20,000 nt of DNA from an uncultured virus (IMG/VR IMGVR_UViG_3300030333_003802) (Duplodnaviria; Heunggongvirae; Uroviricota; Caudoviricetes): the IMG/VR virus record IMGVR_UViG_3300030333_003802, positions 51,659 to 71,658 of that record; one strand, 5' to 3'. The notes beneath the pieces are model-generated. The model searched no databases, was not told the DNA's origin, and saw only the letters and a list, made by a program, of their open reading frames with translations. This document shows positions 1-9,903 of this stretch, one piece after another. Within the stretch, counting starts at the first letter, position 1; every line of letters starts with the position of its first letter. The position numbers and the translations under genes were made by a program.

Positions 1-32
1 GTACCTCTTTTTATTTTAATCGTATTTGACAT
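1..32 (-). CDS. 5' end of a tail-fibre-like protein (partial, runs off the window)
   Basis: ATG at 32 reads MSNTIKIKRGT, after an AAGGA RBS overlapping the upstream stop. The N-terminus resembles MSNRIKIKRNSS of the adjacent gene. Confidence 0.75.
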   Translation of the reverse strand, partial: MSNTIKIKRG

Positions 33-40
33 TTAATTCC

Positions 41-1675
41 TTAATAAGTTCCGCAATCTATAGTAGCACTTGTAATAGTAGCTGCTTCTACATCATTGAA
101 CTCAGCGCTACCTACACTACCACTAAAGACTTCACTTGAATTACTAGCGTCTGGAATAAATTTAAATTTGTAATCAGTATCATCAAATCCAAAGAATCCA
201 ACTTTTGCTGCACTTCCAGTATGATATTTAAACTCAATACCTCTATCTTTGTTATCGTCAGAACCTGCATTTCCGTCTCCGCCTAATGTAAATATAGGGT
301 CATCAACAGTTACTGTAGTTGAATTAACAGTAGTTGTAGTACCATCTACTTGCAAATCACCTTGAATGGTAACTTTTTTGTCCCATCCAATTTTCATTGC
401 TTCTTGAGCTACTCCACTTTCGCCAACATAAAATATTAAATCAGTTTTGTTAGCGGTTGCCGTAAAGTCTGCTGCCGCTTTTGCTTCAATAGAAGCTGCT
501 AGCGCTACAGCATCTGAACCAGCTGATTCATTTTCGGCTGCAAAGTCAATTCTTCCTAACACATTAGATACATCTACATCAGTTCTAGCTGAATATAATC
601 TTAAAATAGCCCCAGATGTTGAATCTACTGAAATTTTAGAGTTTGCATTTTGTGTCATTGCTGCATTAAAGTTAACTCCTCCACTTGCTCCAATTGTAAA
701 TGCAGTATTTCCAGCACTACCACTATTATTATATTTGTAAGTATTTGCTACTACATTTGTACCAATATAGTTTGTTGTGCTAATTGAATTAGTAGTTAAT
801 GCTCCAGCAACTGTTACTGCACCATCACTAGCTTGTACGCTAAATGCAGAACTTCCACTTGAATCATATACTTTAAAATCTACATCAGTACTTCCAGGTC
901 CAATTTCTACTAAATCTTGTGTAGCATCTATAACTTTAATCATAGGAATGTTATTAGCCGCAATTCTGACTTCGTTGTCTGTACCAAAATCTATATATTC
1001 AGTATCTGCTGCTCTACCTACTTTAAGTGAAGTATTAATTACAGATGTAATAGCTGTTTGTGCTGGAGTTATAGATATTGTTCTAGCATTTGCTCCATCA
1101 AAAGTTCCAGCTGAAGTTATACCAGTACCCGCAGTTAATGCATTTGGTACTTTTAATACAGATAAAGTATCGCTTGATAATTCTATTGTTGAAGTATCAG
1201 CTACATCCGTGTTTAACATAGTTCCATGAACTTTGTCTGTTCCAATAGTTGCTGCTCCACCTGCTGCTATAGTAATGTCAGAACCAACATTGCCAAAAAT
1301 AGTATCTTCTAAATTACTAAAAGTAATTTTTTGTGAACCATTGTCATCAGCATCTACCATTGCTATAAAATCAGCTTGTGCTATACTTGATTCAGTTCCT
1401 AATTCGTTTAAATCTAATGCTAATGTTACACTATTATCTGTATCTCCACTTGCTACAGTTTTTGTAAGTCCATTACCATCAGTTAAGTCAGATAATAATG
1501 GTAAGTGTATTGTTGTTGCTCCACTATCCGCTTGATTATCTGCTGTACATCTTCCTATAAATAGTTTTTTCTGATAATTTTGAAAAGCTAACTCACCATA
1601 ATGTAAACTAGATGGCAAACTTGATGAATCAAAATCAGCAGAACTATTTCTTTTTATTTTTATTCTATTGCTCAT
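41..1675 (-). CDS. Tail fibre / receptor-binding-like virion protein
   Basis: 544 aa, rich in G/S/T/D. N-terminal IKIKR...PSSL.YGELA resembles a fibre anchor motif. C-terminal GDLQVDGTTTTVNSTTVTVDDPIFTLGGD..DDNKDRGIEF resembles aquatic phage fibre modules. AGGAG RBS. Confidence 0.75.
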   Translation of the reverse strand: MSNRIKIKRNSSADFDSSSLPSSLHYGELAFQNYQKKLFIGRCTADNQADSGATTIHLPLLSDLTDGNGLTKTVASGDTDNSVTLALDLNELGTESSIAQADFIAMVDADDNGSQKITFSNLEDTIFGNVGSDITIAAGGAATIGTDKVHGTMLNTDVADTSTIELSSDTLSVLKVPNALTAGTGITSAGTFDGANARTISITPAQTAITSVINTSLKVGRAADTEYIDFGTDNEVRIAANNIPMIKVIDATQDLVEIGPGSTDVDFKVYDSSGSSAFSVQASDGAVTVAGALTTNSISTTNYIGTNVVANTYKYNNSGSAGNTAFTIGASGGVNFNAAMTQNANSKISVDSTSGAILRLYSARTDVDVSNVLGRIDFAAENESAGSDAVALAASIEAKAAADFTATANKTDLIFYVGESGVAQEAMKIGWDKKVTIQGDLQVDGTTTTVNSTTVTVDDPIFTLGGDGNAGSDDNKDRGIEFKYHTGSAAKVGFFGFDDTDYKFKFIPDASNSSEVFSGSVGSAEFNDVEAATITSATIDCGTY

Positions 1676-1684
1676 TTTATTCTC

Positions 1685-2197
1685 CTATAAGAATGTTCCG
1701 CCGTTAATATCATCTACGTCTATCCACTTTGAACTACTACTATCATATTTTAATAAAGCTCCATTGTTTGGGTTTGTTATGTTAGTATCATTCATTTCAT
1801 CAAGAGTATCTTCTCCTGAAACTTGTGTATCAACGTAACTTTTTACTGCCTTGGCACTAGGCAATGTTGTATCAGTACCAGCTGTTGAACTTAAGTCCGT
1901 ATCTAGTACTCCCGCTTTCAAATTATCTACTTCTACGTTGCTGAGTGTATTATTATCAGCATTAATTGTTTTGTTTGTTAATGTTTGTGTAGCATCAGCT
2001 GTTGCAGTATCGTTTAATGCATCTCTAACATTAGTCGCATCGCTATTGTCTAAACTAATAGGTATTTGGCTAGCATCAATACTAAAACTATCTTGAACTT
2101 TAGTAGCATTTTGTACACCTACACTTTTTGTAGCGCTTGTTCTTTGCACAGTAGCTTTTACAGCTTTATTCGTTGTAACTTTAGCACTTATAGCCAT
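1685..2197 (-). CDS. Virion structural protein (tail-associated)
   Basis: 170 aa with TQTLTNKTI and SAKAVKSYVD motifs typical of phage fibre-like proteins. Strong GGAGG RBS. Confidence 0.65.
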   Translation of the reverse strand: MAISAKVTTNKAVKATVQRTSATKSVGVQNATKVQDSFSIDASQIPISLDNSDATNVRDALNDTATADATQTLTNKTINADNNTLSNVEVDNLKAGVLDTDLSSTAGTDTTLPSAKAVKSYVDTQVSGEDTLDEMNDTNITNPNNGALLKYDSSSSKWIDVDDINGGTFL

Positions 2198-2664
2198 TAT
2201 CCTCCTCCTCCAATTCCTGACACAGATGCCGTAAATGTATGTGTTAACTTAGTTGCACCTTTAGAAATTATTACATCTCCTTGTATGTGCCTTACCCACT
2301 TATCGTTTGTTAGGTCATTTTTCTCTACCAAATCCCAATGTCCTTCAAAATCGTCATTAAAATGTTGTATAGCTTCAGCTGGTAATGTAAGAGTTATTGT
2401 TTTAGCAGCTCGATTTGCTACTACATCAAAATGTACTTCATTTTGATTTCCTGATGCCCATTGGTCATTATCTGCTGGCGTTCCATTTACCCCGTTACCA
2501 GTTTTACCTGGTCCAGTAAATGCACTATGTTTATAATCTTTTACAATTACAGCTGCATATTTCATATCGCTAGTCATAGTATATGAACTATCCAATGTAA
2601 TCACATTAGTAAAATCTGCGTTTTGTTGTAATTCTATATCTTGATATTGATTTGATGAAATCAT
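2197..2664 (-). CDS. Hypothetical virion protein
   Basis: 155-aa ORF with AGGAG RBS, coupled to the next gene, in the structural operon. Confidence 0.6.
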   Translation of the reverse strand: MISSNQYQDIELQQNADFTNVITLDSSYTMTSDMKYAAVIVKDYKHSAFTGPGKTGNGVNGTPADNDQWASGNQNEVHFDVVANRAAKTITLTLPAEAIQHFNDDFEGHWDLVEKNDLTNDKWVRHIQGDVIISKGATKLTHTFTASVSGIGGGG

Positions 2665-2673
2665 TTATTACTC

Positions 2674-2910
2674 CTAATATAAAAATACTACTGTGTTAGC
2701 ACTTGCTTTTGTCGCACAAATTGGATATGTGTGTCCTTGTAACAAATAAAATACAACATCAACACCATTTACTGTTAAAGTAACGTTTGCTGATGTGCCT
2801 TTCATATGAACTGCTCTACACGCATCTTGGTCGCTAGTTGTTGCAACTACTGCTTTAATATACGGAGCAACACTTTCTTGTACCGCATAATCATTAAGTC
2901 CTTTTGCCAT
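2674..2910 (-). CDS. Small hypothetical structural protein
   Basis: 78-aa ORF with AGGAG RBS, in the operon. Confidence 0.6.
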   Translation of the reverse strand: MAKGLNDYAVQESVAPYIKAVVATTSDQDACRAVHMKGTSANVTLTVNGVDVVFYLLQGHTYPICATKASANTVVFLY

Positions 2911-2926
2911 TTTAATCTCCTATGAT

Positions 2927-3391
2927 TTATTTTAATATTGAAAAAGTTTTTATTGGACTTGCCATAAATACTTTATTTTTATTGCTTTCGTTATCTGCTA
3001 CTTTTTTATAAAATTCTCGCATATAATATTCTTTTACATCTATTTGCCCCATTCTTTCTGCTAATTGAGCTTTTACATAACAAACTATTGCTAATGAAAT
3101 CATTCTATTTGCATTTAAATGAGAATTTTCATCAGGAGAAGTATCTTCAGTTAAGCTAGAATGAACTGTGCTTTCTGGGTCTTCTTGAACAAAAGGTTTT
3201 TCAATAGCAGTATATTCAATTCTTAATCCATTAGTAATTGCTTCATCTGGATAAATTATATCATCAAGTTCCCCGCCACTTAATCTTCCTTGATTGTCTA
3301 CAATTCTACCAGCACTTCTAACAATTTTATATAATCTTAATTGTTTGCCATTTTGTACATATGCGTACGTTCTATTTGTATCATAACTCAT
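2927..3391 (-). CDS. Putative head-tail adaptor-type protein
   Basis: 154 aa downstream of the capsid gene. Its start overlaps the upstream stop (ATGA). The function is inferred from position. Confidence 0.5.
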   Translation of the reverse strand: MSYDTNRTYAYVQNGKQLRLYKIVRSAGRIVDNQGRLSGGELDDIIYPDEAITNGLRIEYTAIEKPFVQEDPESTVHSSLTEDTSPDENSHLNANRMISLAIVCYVKAQLAERMGQIDVKEYYMREFYKKVADNESNKNKVFMASPIKTFSILK

Positions 3392-3666
3392 GGGTTTGTA
3401 TCCTCTGTAACAACTGGGTCATCTAATAATCTTCTAATTTTTTTATATTTATTATCATCTTCAGTATCTAACACACTAACACTTTTGATTGCTACTAACC
3501 CAGCAGGTAAATCATAATCTCTAGTATTTTTAACTATATTTGATTTAGTTGTTTTTGTATCTAATTCGTTAGATGATTGTATTTGTAAAATTGCATCTTT
3601 AATATAAGCAATTACTAATTTAGTATCACGTGAATTTGCTCTTTCCATAATTTCTAAAACTTTCAT
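3388..3666 (-). CDS. Putative head-tail connector-like protein
   Basis: 92 aa with a helical N-terminus followed by ..RDYDLP..L.AIKSV, which resembles adaptor N-termini. Position supports this. Confidence 0.5.
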   Translation of the reverse strand: MKVLEIMERANSRDTKLVIAYIKDAILQIQSSNELDTKTTKSNIVKNTRDYDLPAGLVAIKSVSVLDTEDDNKYKKIRRLLDDPVVTEDTNP

Positions 3667-3668
3667 AA

Positions 3669-4736
3669 TTAACTTCCCTCTTGTTGTCTTTGAGATTGTT
3701 GTTGTTGCGCTGGAGCTGATAATGCCCCTGTAATAGATTGTAATTCTGCGACAGCTCTTTGATAATATGAAATCGCCGCTTGCAATCTTTGATTTGCAAC
3801 ACTTAAATCTCCTTGAGAAACTTGCAATACTGATTCAGCTATTTCAGGGTCTTCGTCTTGCAACCAATGTATTGCTGATAAACTTGTTTTACTTGTTGCG
3901 TCATCTGAAGACATACCGCCCTTTAAAATCTTTTCTGCATCTTTTGAATGTGATAATCTTAACATATCTAATGACGCTGCATATAATAAAGCTACGTTTT
4001 CAAATTCTGTTAATACCCATGCATCGGTATTTTCGTCAATAATTGGAGGAGCTGAATAAACAATCACTCCTTTATCTCCCTCTTTGTAATTAAGGGCTGT
4101 CAAGCTTCCTCCTATTGGCGTATAAACTTTACCAAATGTTAATGTGACATTTGTTCCATTTTGTGAAGCGTTTGCTGACGCTACAAATGTTGTAGAATTA
4201 GTAATACTTTGAACAGTAGTCCCTGTTAATCCAGGACCAGTTATTTTCATCCCAACTTCTATATTTGCTGTGCTATCCATTGTAACGTTAGGACTTCCTT
4301 GTGTAGTATCACAAGTATTATCTGATNNNNNNNNNNCTAAACCAGTATAATCATTATAATCAGGGTCTGGTTTAATATATATTTTACCACTTAATTTATA
4401 ATATTTAGGAAACATTTTTGTAGGAAAATTTAAACTAGTAGGTTCATCAGCTGAATGAATAGCATAATCTGCTATTTCTTGAGCTACTCTTTTTTTAGTA
4501 CCATCATTACGATATACTGCTAATATTTTATCGTATGCTAAAGAAGAACCATTTCCAATAATACTTGCTCCAGTACTATCAAATCCATCTATTTCTACTT
4601 CAGAAGCAATAGACCATAAAAACTTTTCAGGTAAACTAGATACAATAAATTTAGCACCAGCATTTAAATGCTCTACTAAAAATCTAGCTTTAGAACCGTT
4701 TCCAGTTATATTATTTACTTTTTCCCATAATTTCAT
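3669..4736 (-). CDS. Putative head-completion/tail tubular protein with an inserted beta-rich domain (spans an N gap)
   Basis: 355-aa ORF directly after the capsid gene, with AGGAG RBS. It contains 10 Ns at 4327-4336, so its continuity is uncertain. Confidence 0.5.
   Translation of the reverse strand: MKLWEKVNNITGNGSKARFLVEHLNAGAKFIVSSLPEKFLWSIASEVEIDGFDSTGASIIGNGSSLAYDKILAVYRNDGTKKRVAQEIADYAIHSADEPTSLNFPTKMFPKYYKLSGKIYIKPDPDYNDYTGLXXXXSDNTCDTTQGSPNVTMDSTANIEVGMKITGPGLTGTTVQSITNSTTFVASANASQNGTNVTLTFGKVYTPIGGSLTALNYKEGDKGVIVYSAPPIIDENTDAWVLTEFENVALLYAASLDMLRLSHSKDAEKILKGGMSSDDATSKTSLSAIHWLQDEDPEIAESVLQVSQGDLSVANQRLQAAISYYQRAVAELQSITGALSAPAQQQQSQRQQEGS
4327..4336. other. Assembly gap (10 N)
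   Basis: Run of n in the sequence. Confidence 1.
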
Positions 4737-4756
4737 ATATATCTCCTATTCGCAAA

Positions 4757-4802
4757 TGGGTCCCTGTAGGGAGAAAGGAGGTAAAGAACCTACAAAGACC
4801 CA
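4757..4802 (-). promoter_or_regulatory. 14-bp hairpin with anti-SD loop after the capsid gene
   Basis: Minus-strand RNA reads UGGGUCUUUGUAGG-[UUCUUUACCUCCUUUCUC]-CCUACAGGGACCCA. The two G-U pairs form only on the minus strand. Confidence 0.75.
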
Positions 4803-4822
4803 ATGCAAATTAACTATTTAGA

Positions 4823-6382
4823 TTATTTCCAAATAGCGTGTGATTCTGGCATTTTATACTCAAAACCAGCTTCAGTTAATATCATATCAACTCTTTTATC
4901 AACACCTGAGTTCTCTAAATTCTGAACTCCAACGTAGATAGAAGTGTCTCTATTAACATCATTACCAATTAATGGTCTGTAAGCAACATTGTTCATGTTG
5001 ATAGCAGCGATTTTAACGTGTGAACCATCTAAGGCTATACATCTTGCAACGTTCATTTTACCATAAACTGTTGCAATTTCTGTTACGTCTAATCCCATTA
5101 CTTTCTTACGACCAGTAACTGCTAAGTCTGCACTAAAGCGATTAAAGTTATTACCATTATCGCCAACTGCAATATTGTTCTTAAAGAACCCACCTAGTTT
5201 ATGTAGCCAAGTGTACACAGCAGTACTACATAAGAATACTGTTGCTCCATCTTGATTATATCTAGGGTCAAAATATTGAGACATATCTTGTAAGAAGTCA
5301 TCAATAGATTTTGAAGCTAGGTCTAATGAAAAGATATTACCAAAATTCAAGATGTAATCAATTGCACCTTGAGTGTGGTTTACTGAACTATCTGTAACCT
5401 GTGAACTGAATAATCCAGCCCATTCAATGTCCCATTTGTGCTCAATAAGTTTTTCTTTCCATGTTCTAGCCCACTCATTTGGTTCGTATTTAAGAGCTGT
5501 TGCTCTAGCGGTATTTGTCATACCAAACTCGCTTCTAAAGATTTGAGTTTGTCCGTAACCAGTTGAGTATGGGTTATCTTTCCAAGACTCTCCAAGTAAT
5601 GAAGAACCTTCTCCATATGAAGTACCAACAACGTATGAACGTCTTTCTTCTAATGTTTCAGCAATATCTTCTGAATAAGCAACACATTGTGGTTTATCAC
5701 CAACATATGAAGCTGATTCTGAATTAGCTGGAACTCTTAGAATCTTAGCTGTTACAAGAGCTGGTTCAGCAGATGCGTGTCCAGTTCCTGAATTTGCAGA
5801 TAAGTCTATAGTTCCTGAAGCTGTAACAGCAGTAATTCTAATTAACATATAGTCATTAGGAGCACCGCCACCAGCTACATCACTCATAGGTACTTTTAGG
5901 ATTTGATTAGGTTGTAGGAATTGTGGTCTTGTACCAGGGTCTCCTACTTTGATTGCACCATTCGATTGTCCTTTGACGTTTTGAATGTTGCCTGCACTGT
6001 AATAATCAGTACAGAAATATAGTTTTACTTCTCCACCAAGTGATAAAGCACTATTGTCTGATTCCTTAATTTCAGCGTTATTAAGAACCACAGTTGGTCC
6101 TCCGCCATGTTGGAATCCAACTAAATATGCATATCTCTTCATGAACGAATGTCTCTTCTCAGTAAACTTGAAAGTTGGGTCATCCGTAGGTTTCTTAGCC
6201 ATTGTAGAAACGAGTCTAAAAAACGGAGTTTGAGCTAAAGCGAGTTCTGAAAATCTATCGCCAAAGTCATATCGTCTACGTAAATCACCAGTTAGAAAAG
6301 TATTAGCGTTAACTCCGCCAACAACTCTTCCTCTTTCAGTTAAACCTGTAGAAGTAGACAATGCTAAAGGTGTACTAGGCAT
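4823..6382 (-). CDS. Major capsid protein (SU10 MCP/DUF5309-like, likely HK97 fold)
   Basis: 519 aa following scaffold and portal, with motifs TPFFRLVS, QIFRSEFGMTNTARAT and ILTEAGFE..MPESHA. Very strong GAGGAGG RBS. Confidence 0.85.
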   Translation of the reverse strand: MPSTPLALSTSTGLTERGRVVGGVNANTFLTGDLRRRYDFGDRFSELALAQTPFFRLVSTMAKKPTDDPTFKFTEKRHSFMKRYAYLVGFQHGGGPTVVLNNAEIKESDNSALSLGGEVKLYFCTDYYSAGNIQNVKGQSNGAIKVGDPGTRPQFLQPNQILKVPMSDVAGGGAPNDYMLIRITAVTASGTIDLSANSGTGHASAEPALVTAKILRVPANSESASYVGDKPQCVAYSEDIAETLEERRSYVVGTSYGEGSSLLGESWKDNPYSTGYGQTQIFRSEFGMTNTARATALKYEPNEWARTWKEKLIEHKWDIEWAGLFSSQVTDSSVNHTQGAIDYILNFGNIFSLDLASKSIDDFLQDMSQYFDPRYNQDGATVFLCSTAVYTWLHKLGGFFKNNIAVGDNGNNFNRFSADLAVTGRKKVMGLDVTEIATVYGKMNVARCIALDGSHVKIAAINMNNVAYRPLIGNDVNRDTSIYVGVQNLENSGVDKRVDMILTEAGFEYKMPESHAIWK

Positions 6383-6410
6383 TTTATGTCCCTCCTCGGG
6401 GTTTGTTTAT

Positions 6411-7289
6411 TTACATTAACTCATCTAGCCCAGCGCCTTGCGATAGCAACTTGTCAAATACAGCATCGTCTACTGATTTTTCTTCTCTTTGTGTGTTCCC
6501 AGCTGATGCAACACTTTGAGGCATTTGTCTAACATTTTTCATTTGTTGGACTATCTCTTCTCTAGCACCTTCTGCTACTTGAGCATCTCGGTTTTCTCTA
6601 TTTTTGAGATAATATACATCCTCTAATGATAATCTATGTGATTTTGCGTAATCCATTAAATCATTATAGCTTTCTTCTGACATTTGATACTTTTGTTTAA
6701 AAGCATTTTCTTCAGAAGCTCTACGTGATTGTATAGATTGTTGTTTTGCATAATCACCTAATCTTCTTTGCACCACTCCATCAACTGTTGCATTAAACAA
6801 CTTTGCTGATGCCGAAGCAGGGTCTGACAAAGCATCGTCATAATCAAAAACGAAATCTTCATCTAAGCCAAGCTGCTCTTTTACGCTCTTAGGAGCCGAG
6901 CCGCCACCCTCAAAATAACCTCTCACATGAGAAATTAAATTAGGGTCTTCTTTCATTGCATTTAGTAAAGGCATATAAGGTTCTAACTCTTTTAAACGAG
7001 TGTTAAGTCGTTTAGCTTCTCGAGATGAATCCGAATATCTCTTTTCTAAATTAGCTACATCCTCATTAGGATTAGCTTTTTGCTCTACTTCAGGGTTCCC
7101 TTGTGGGGAAGTTATCTGTTCTTGTTGAGCTTCTTCTATTGGCTGTTCTATTACATCACCCATAACTTGTCTATCAAGCTGAGAAAAAAAATCTTCAGCC
7201 ACAGTATCTTGCTCTATAGGGGCTGCTTGTTCGGTTACCGCTCTTTCAGCGTCATCTACTAGCAGGTTGTCCTGTGTTATTTCACTCAT
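6411..7289 (-). CDS. Scaffolding protein
   Basis: 292 aa, acidic N-terminus and coiled coil (LEKRYSDSSREAKRLN), located between portal and capsid. Confidence 0.7.
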   Translation of the reverse strand: MSEITQDNLLVDDAERAVTEQAAPIEQDTVAEDFFSQLDRQVMGDVIEQPIEEAQQEQITSPQGNPEVEQKANPNEDVANLEKRYSDSSREAKRLNTRLKELEPYMPLLNAMKEDPNLISHVRGYFEGGGSAPKSVKEQLGLDEDFVFDYDDALSDPASASAKLFNATVDGVVQRRLGDYAKQQSIQSRRASEENAFKQKYQMSEESYNDLMDYAKSHRLSLEDVYYLKNRENRDAQVAEGAREEIVQQMKNVRQMPQSVASAGNTQREEKSVDDAVFDKLLSQGAGLDELM

Positions 7290-7321
7290 ACTGTACTCCT
7301 TCTAATTTACTGTATGTTTTT

Positions 7322-9565
7322 TTATTTATCAACACTATTTTTTTTTCTTTCTAGTGCCAATTCTTTTTCGTGCAAACTAACGGTATCTTGCATTACGCCT
7401 CTTAATAAACGTTGCTCTTGTTGTGTTTGCGATACTTCTTGTTCTATTTTCTTAGAACCTTTTTGAATTTTTTCTTTTATACCAGCTTGTACTAATTGTC
7501 GTTCTAATGTTTCTATTGTTCCAGACTGGTCTTTAATTTGTTCTTCCATTCCAGCAATTTGTGATTGCATTTGAGAATACATGCTTTTACGTTGCAATAA
7601 TGGTTTTTTATTTCTTATATCAGTTTGTTCAATCATAGCAATATCATCTATTAATCCCGATTGATACCATTTAAAATATTCATCTTGTAATGCCCATCTA
7701 TTAACTGGTTGTGTTGAACCTGCTATAATTCGTATATCAAATTTTGAAGTTTGATAATCATTATATCTTTCTACTACTTTTCCATAATCATTATAAATAG
7801 GAATGTTGATAGACACTTCTTGTACTTCGGCTTCACTAGCTCCTGCTTCTGGTTGAACAACTCTAAATACTTTTTGCGTAGTGTATGTAAATTGTGCTAC
7901 AGTTTTAAATATTTGTCCCATATGTTCTAAAGCTGGTTCTATGCAATTATTAACCCATTGTCTAATTCTTCGTGTTCCATATTCATCCATTGCTAACATA
8001 CCACGATAAGTTTCGTGACTATCTTGTCCAACACCTTGCATACTAGAAGATATACCGCTAATATATTCTATATCTGATTTACCTTGTTGTGTTATAGTGT
8101 AAAAAGCATTATTAATTGGTAAAGGTTGTATTGCGTTAGGAACATCAAATCCTTGTCTATATTTTAATAAAGCTCCAGGACTACTTGAATATTTTTCCCA
8201 TTCTTCTTCGTCAATAGCTCCTTCTGTATATAACCATCTTAAATTAGATGCTAAATTTGCATTATGTAACATAATTTGATGCGCTTTATTTATTTCTCTT
8301 TGTTTACCAATCATAGGTATAACAGCGCTAATAGGATATGGAGTATTTGTATGTTGATATGCGATAGGAATAATAGGATATTCTTCTATTGGCAATATAC
8401 TTTCATATAAATACATATCACCAGCTGATGCACATACTTTTATTTGAGTTTCAAAAAAATCTATAGCTTCTACTACTTGTTTTGCAAAAGCTTCCTCTTT
8501 CATTGACATATCAAAAGTAGCTTTATCCATAGTAGTTTGAATAGTTTTAGTTTGAGCTTGAATTAATTCGGCTTCCATTACTGCTTGCATTTCTTGTAAT
8601 TTAGACTGCATTTCCTTTTCGGCTTTTTGCAATTCTAATAAAGCTCTTTCTTCTAAAATTTCTCCCTCAGCTACTAAAGTATTTAGTTCTAGTTGTTTTT
8701 CTTTCATAGATACTTGCATTTCTGCTACCATATCTTGCATTTGCATTTCTGCTTGTTCTTTAATAGCTTTTAATTCTTCTTCTGTAGGAGGTTGACTTAA
8801 CCAAAGATTAACTCTAGCAATTTTTTCTTTTGAATATACTTCGTAAAAATCTAAGATTTCATCTTGCTCTCCCTCTAAAGTATAGGCTTCTCTTTCAACA
8901 TCTCCTGGTAATATTGCTTCTCCTTCGTGAACATCTCTCATAGAATATTGTTTTGATTGTGTTTGACCACTTGCTCTTACAATTTTTCTTTTATATTGAG
9001 GAAATAATTTTAATAAATGTGTTTTTGATAAGTTTTTTTGAATAATTATATAACTTGCATCACGAAATAAAAAATCTCTACTCATTGGGTCAACATAAAC
9101 ATCATAAGGGTCTATTGAATTAAATATTACTTCTCCCATACCTCTATCAGCATCAGGGTCTACATCAACTTTAAAATATCCAACGCCTTTTACAAGAGCG
9201 TCTTGTATAATTTGTCCAAATAAACTTTTACCATTAGAATTATGCCAACAATATTCAGCTATCATACTATGGACATGTGCTATATCAGTATCACTTCCAT
9301 CTGTTCCAATTGCTTGCCATCTAGGATTGTTTGCTGTAACAAAAAATTTCATAATATCAATCGCTGGAGTAATACGATTAATAATAAAATCTGGCATACC
9401 GCCTTCTTTTAAATCTTCTAATTCTTCAGCTGTTAATTGTTCATTTAAAAAGAAATCTAATCCTTTTTGTGAATCCATAAACCATTTTTTTCTATAATAA
9501 TTATTTGCTTTATCAAACAAATGTTTATTTACATCAGCTTTATTTTTTCTGCCTTTTTTAGCCAT
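7322..9565 (-). CDS. Portal protein (P22-like)
   Basis: 747 aa with INRITPAID, DPYDVYVDP.SRD..F.DA.Y, QREINK and a C-terminal coiled coil. Lies upstream of scaffold and capsid. Confidence 0.85.
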   Translation of the reverse strand: MAKKGRKNKADVNKHLFDKANNYYRKKWFMDSQKGLDFFLNEQLTAEELEDLKEGGMPDFIINRITPAIDIMKFFVTANNPRWQAIGTDGSDTDIAHVHSMIAEYCWHNSNGKSLFGQIIQDALVKGVGYFKVDVDPDADRGMGEVIFNSIDPYDVYVDPMSRDFLFRDASYIIIQKNLSKTHLLKLFPQYKRKIVRASGQTQSKQYSMRDVHEGEAILPGDVEREAYTLEGEQDEILDFYEVYSKEKIARVNLWLSQPPTEEELKAIKEQAEMQMQDMVAEMQVSMKEKQLELNTLVAEGEILEERALLELQKAEKEMQSKLQEMQAVMEAELIQAQTKTIQTTMDKATFDMSMKEEAFAKQVVEAIDFFETQIKVCASAGDMYLYESILPIEEYPIIPIAYQHTNTPYPISAVIPMIGKQREINKAHQIMLHNANLASNLRWLYTEGAIDEEEWEKYSSSPGALLKYRQGFDVPNAIQPLPINNAFYTITQQGKSDIEYISGISSSMQGVGQDSHETYRGMLAMDEYGTRRIRQWVNNCIEPALEHMGQIFKTVAQFTYTTQKVFRVVQPEAGASEAEVQEVSINIPIYNDYGKVVERYNDYQTSKFDIRIIAGSTQPVNRWALQDEYFKWYQSGLIDDIAMIEQTDIRNKKPLLQRKSMYSQMQSQIAGMEEQIKDQSGTIETLERQLVQAGIKEKIQKGSKKIEQEVSQTQQEQRLLRGVMQDTVSLHEKELALERKKNSVDK

Positions 9566-9573
9566 ATATTACC

Positions 9574-9888
9574 TTATTTTTTTTTCTTTCTATTTTTAAA
9601 TTTTTCAATTGCAGTACCTAACCCTAAACCAACTAATCCAGCTTTTCCGCCTTCTTCTTTTAGACGTTTTTCCACGATTTTTTGATAAGCTTTTCTTAAT
9701 GCTGGTGTAGCTACTTGCATTGTGTTTCTTGCAACTGAAGCTCCTCTTATATAAGGATTTGTTTTACCTAGCATTTTTGATGCATCTATAACTTTTTTTC
9801 CAGCTGGACTTTTTTCTAGCATTTCATATTTATTAGCTACTTCTTTAAATAACCTCATCATTCTTTTTGTTTCTTTTGCGTCGCTCAT
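9574..9888 (-). CDS. Hypothetical basic protein
   Basis: 104-aa ORF with GGAG RBS and a K-rich C-terminus. Confidence 0.6.
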   Translation of the reverse strand: MSDAKETKRMMRLFKEVANKYEMLEKSPAGKKVIDASKMLGKTNPYIRGASVARNTMQVATPALRKAYQKIVEKRLKEEGGKAGLVGLGLGTAIEKFKNRKKKK

Positions 9889-9903
9889 AATATTCTCCGT
9901 TAA

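Noticed and set aside
447..2446. Plus-strand ORFs 447-740, 777-1229, 1233-1535, 1851-2096 and 2066-2446
   Set aside because: They are antisense shadows of well-supported minus-strand structural genes and lack convincing RBSs.
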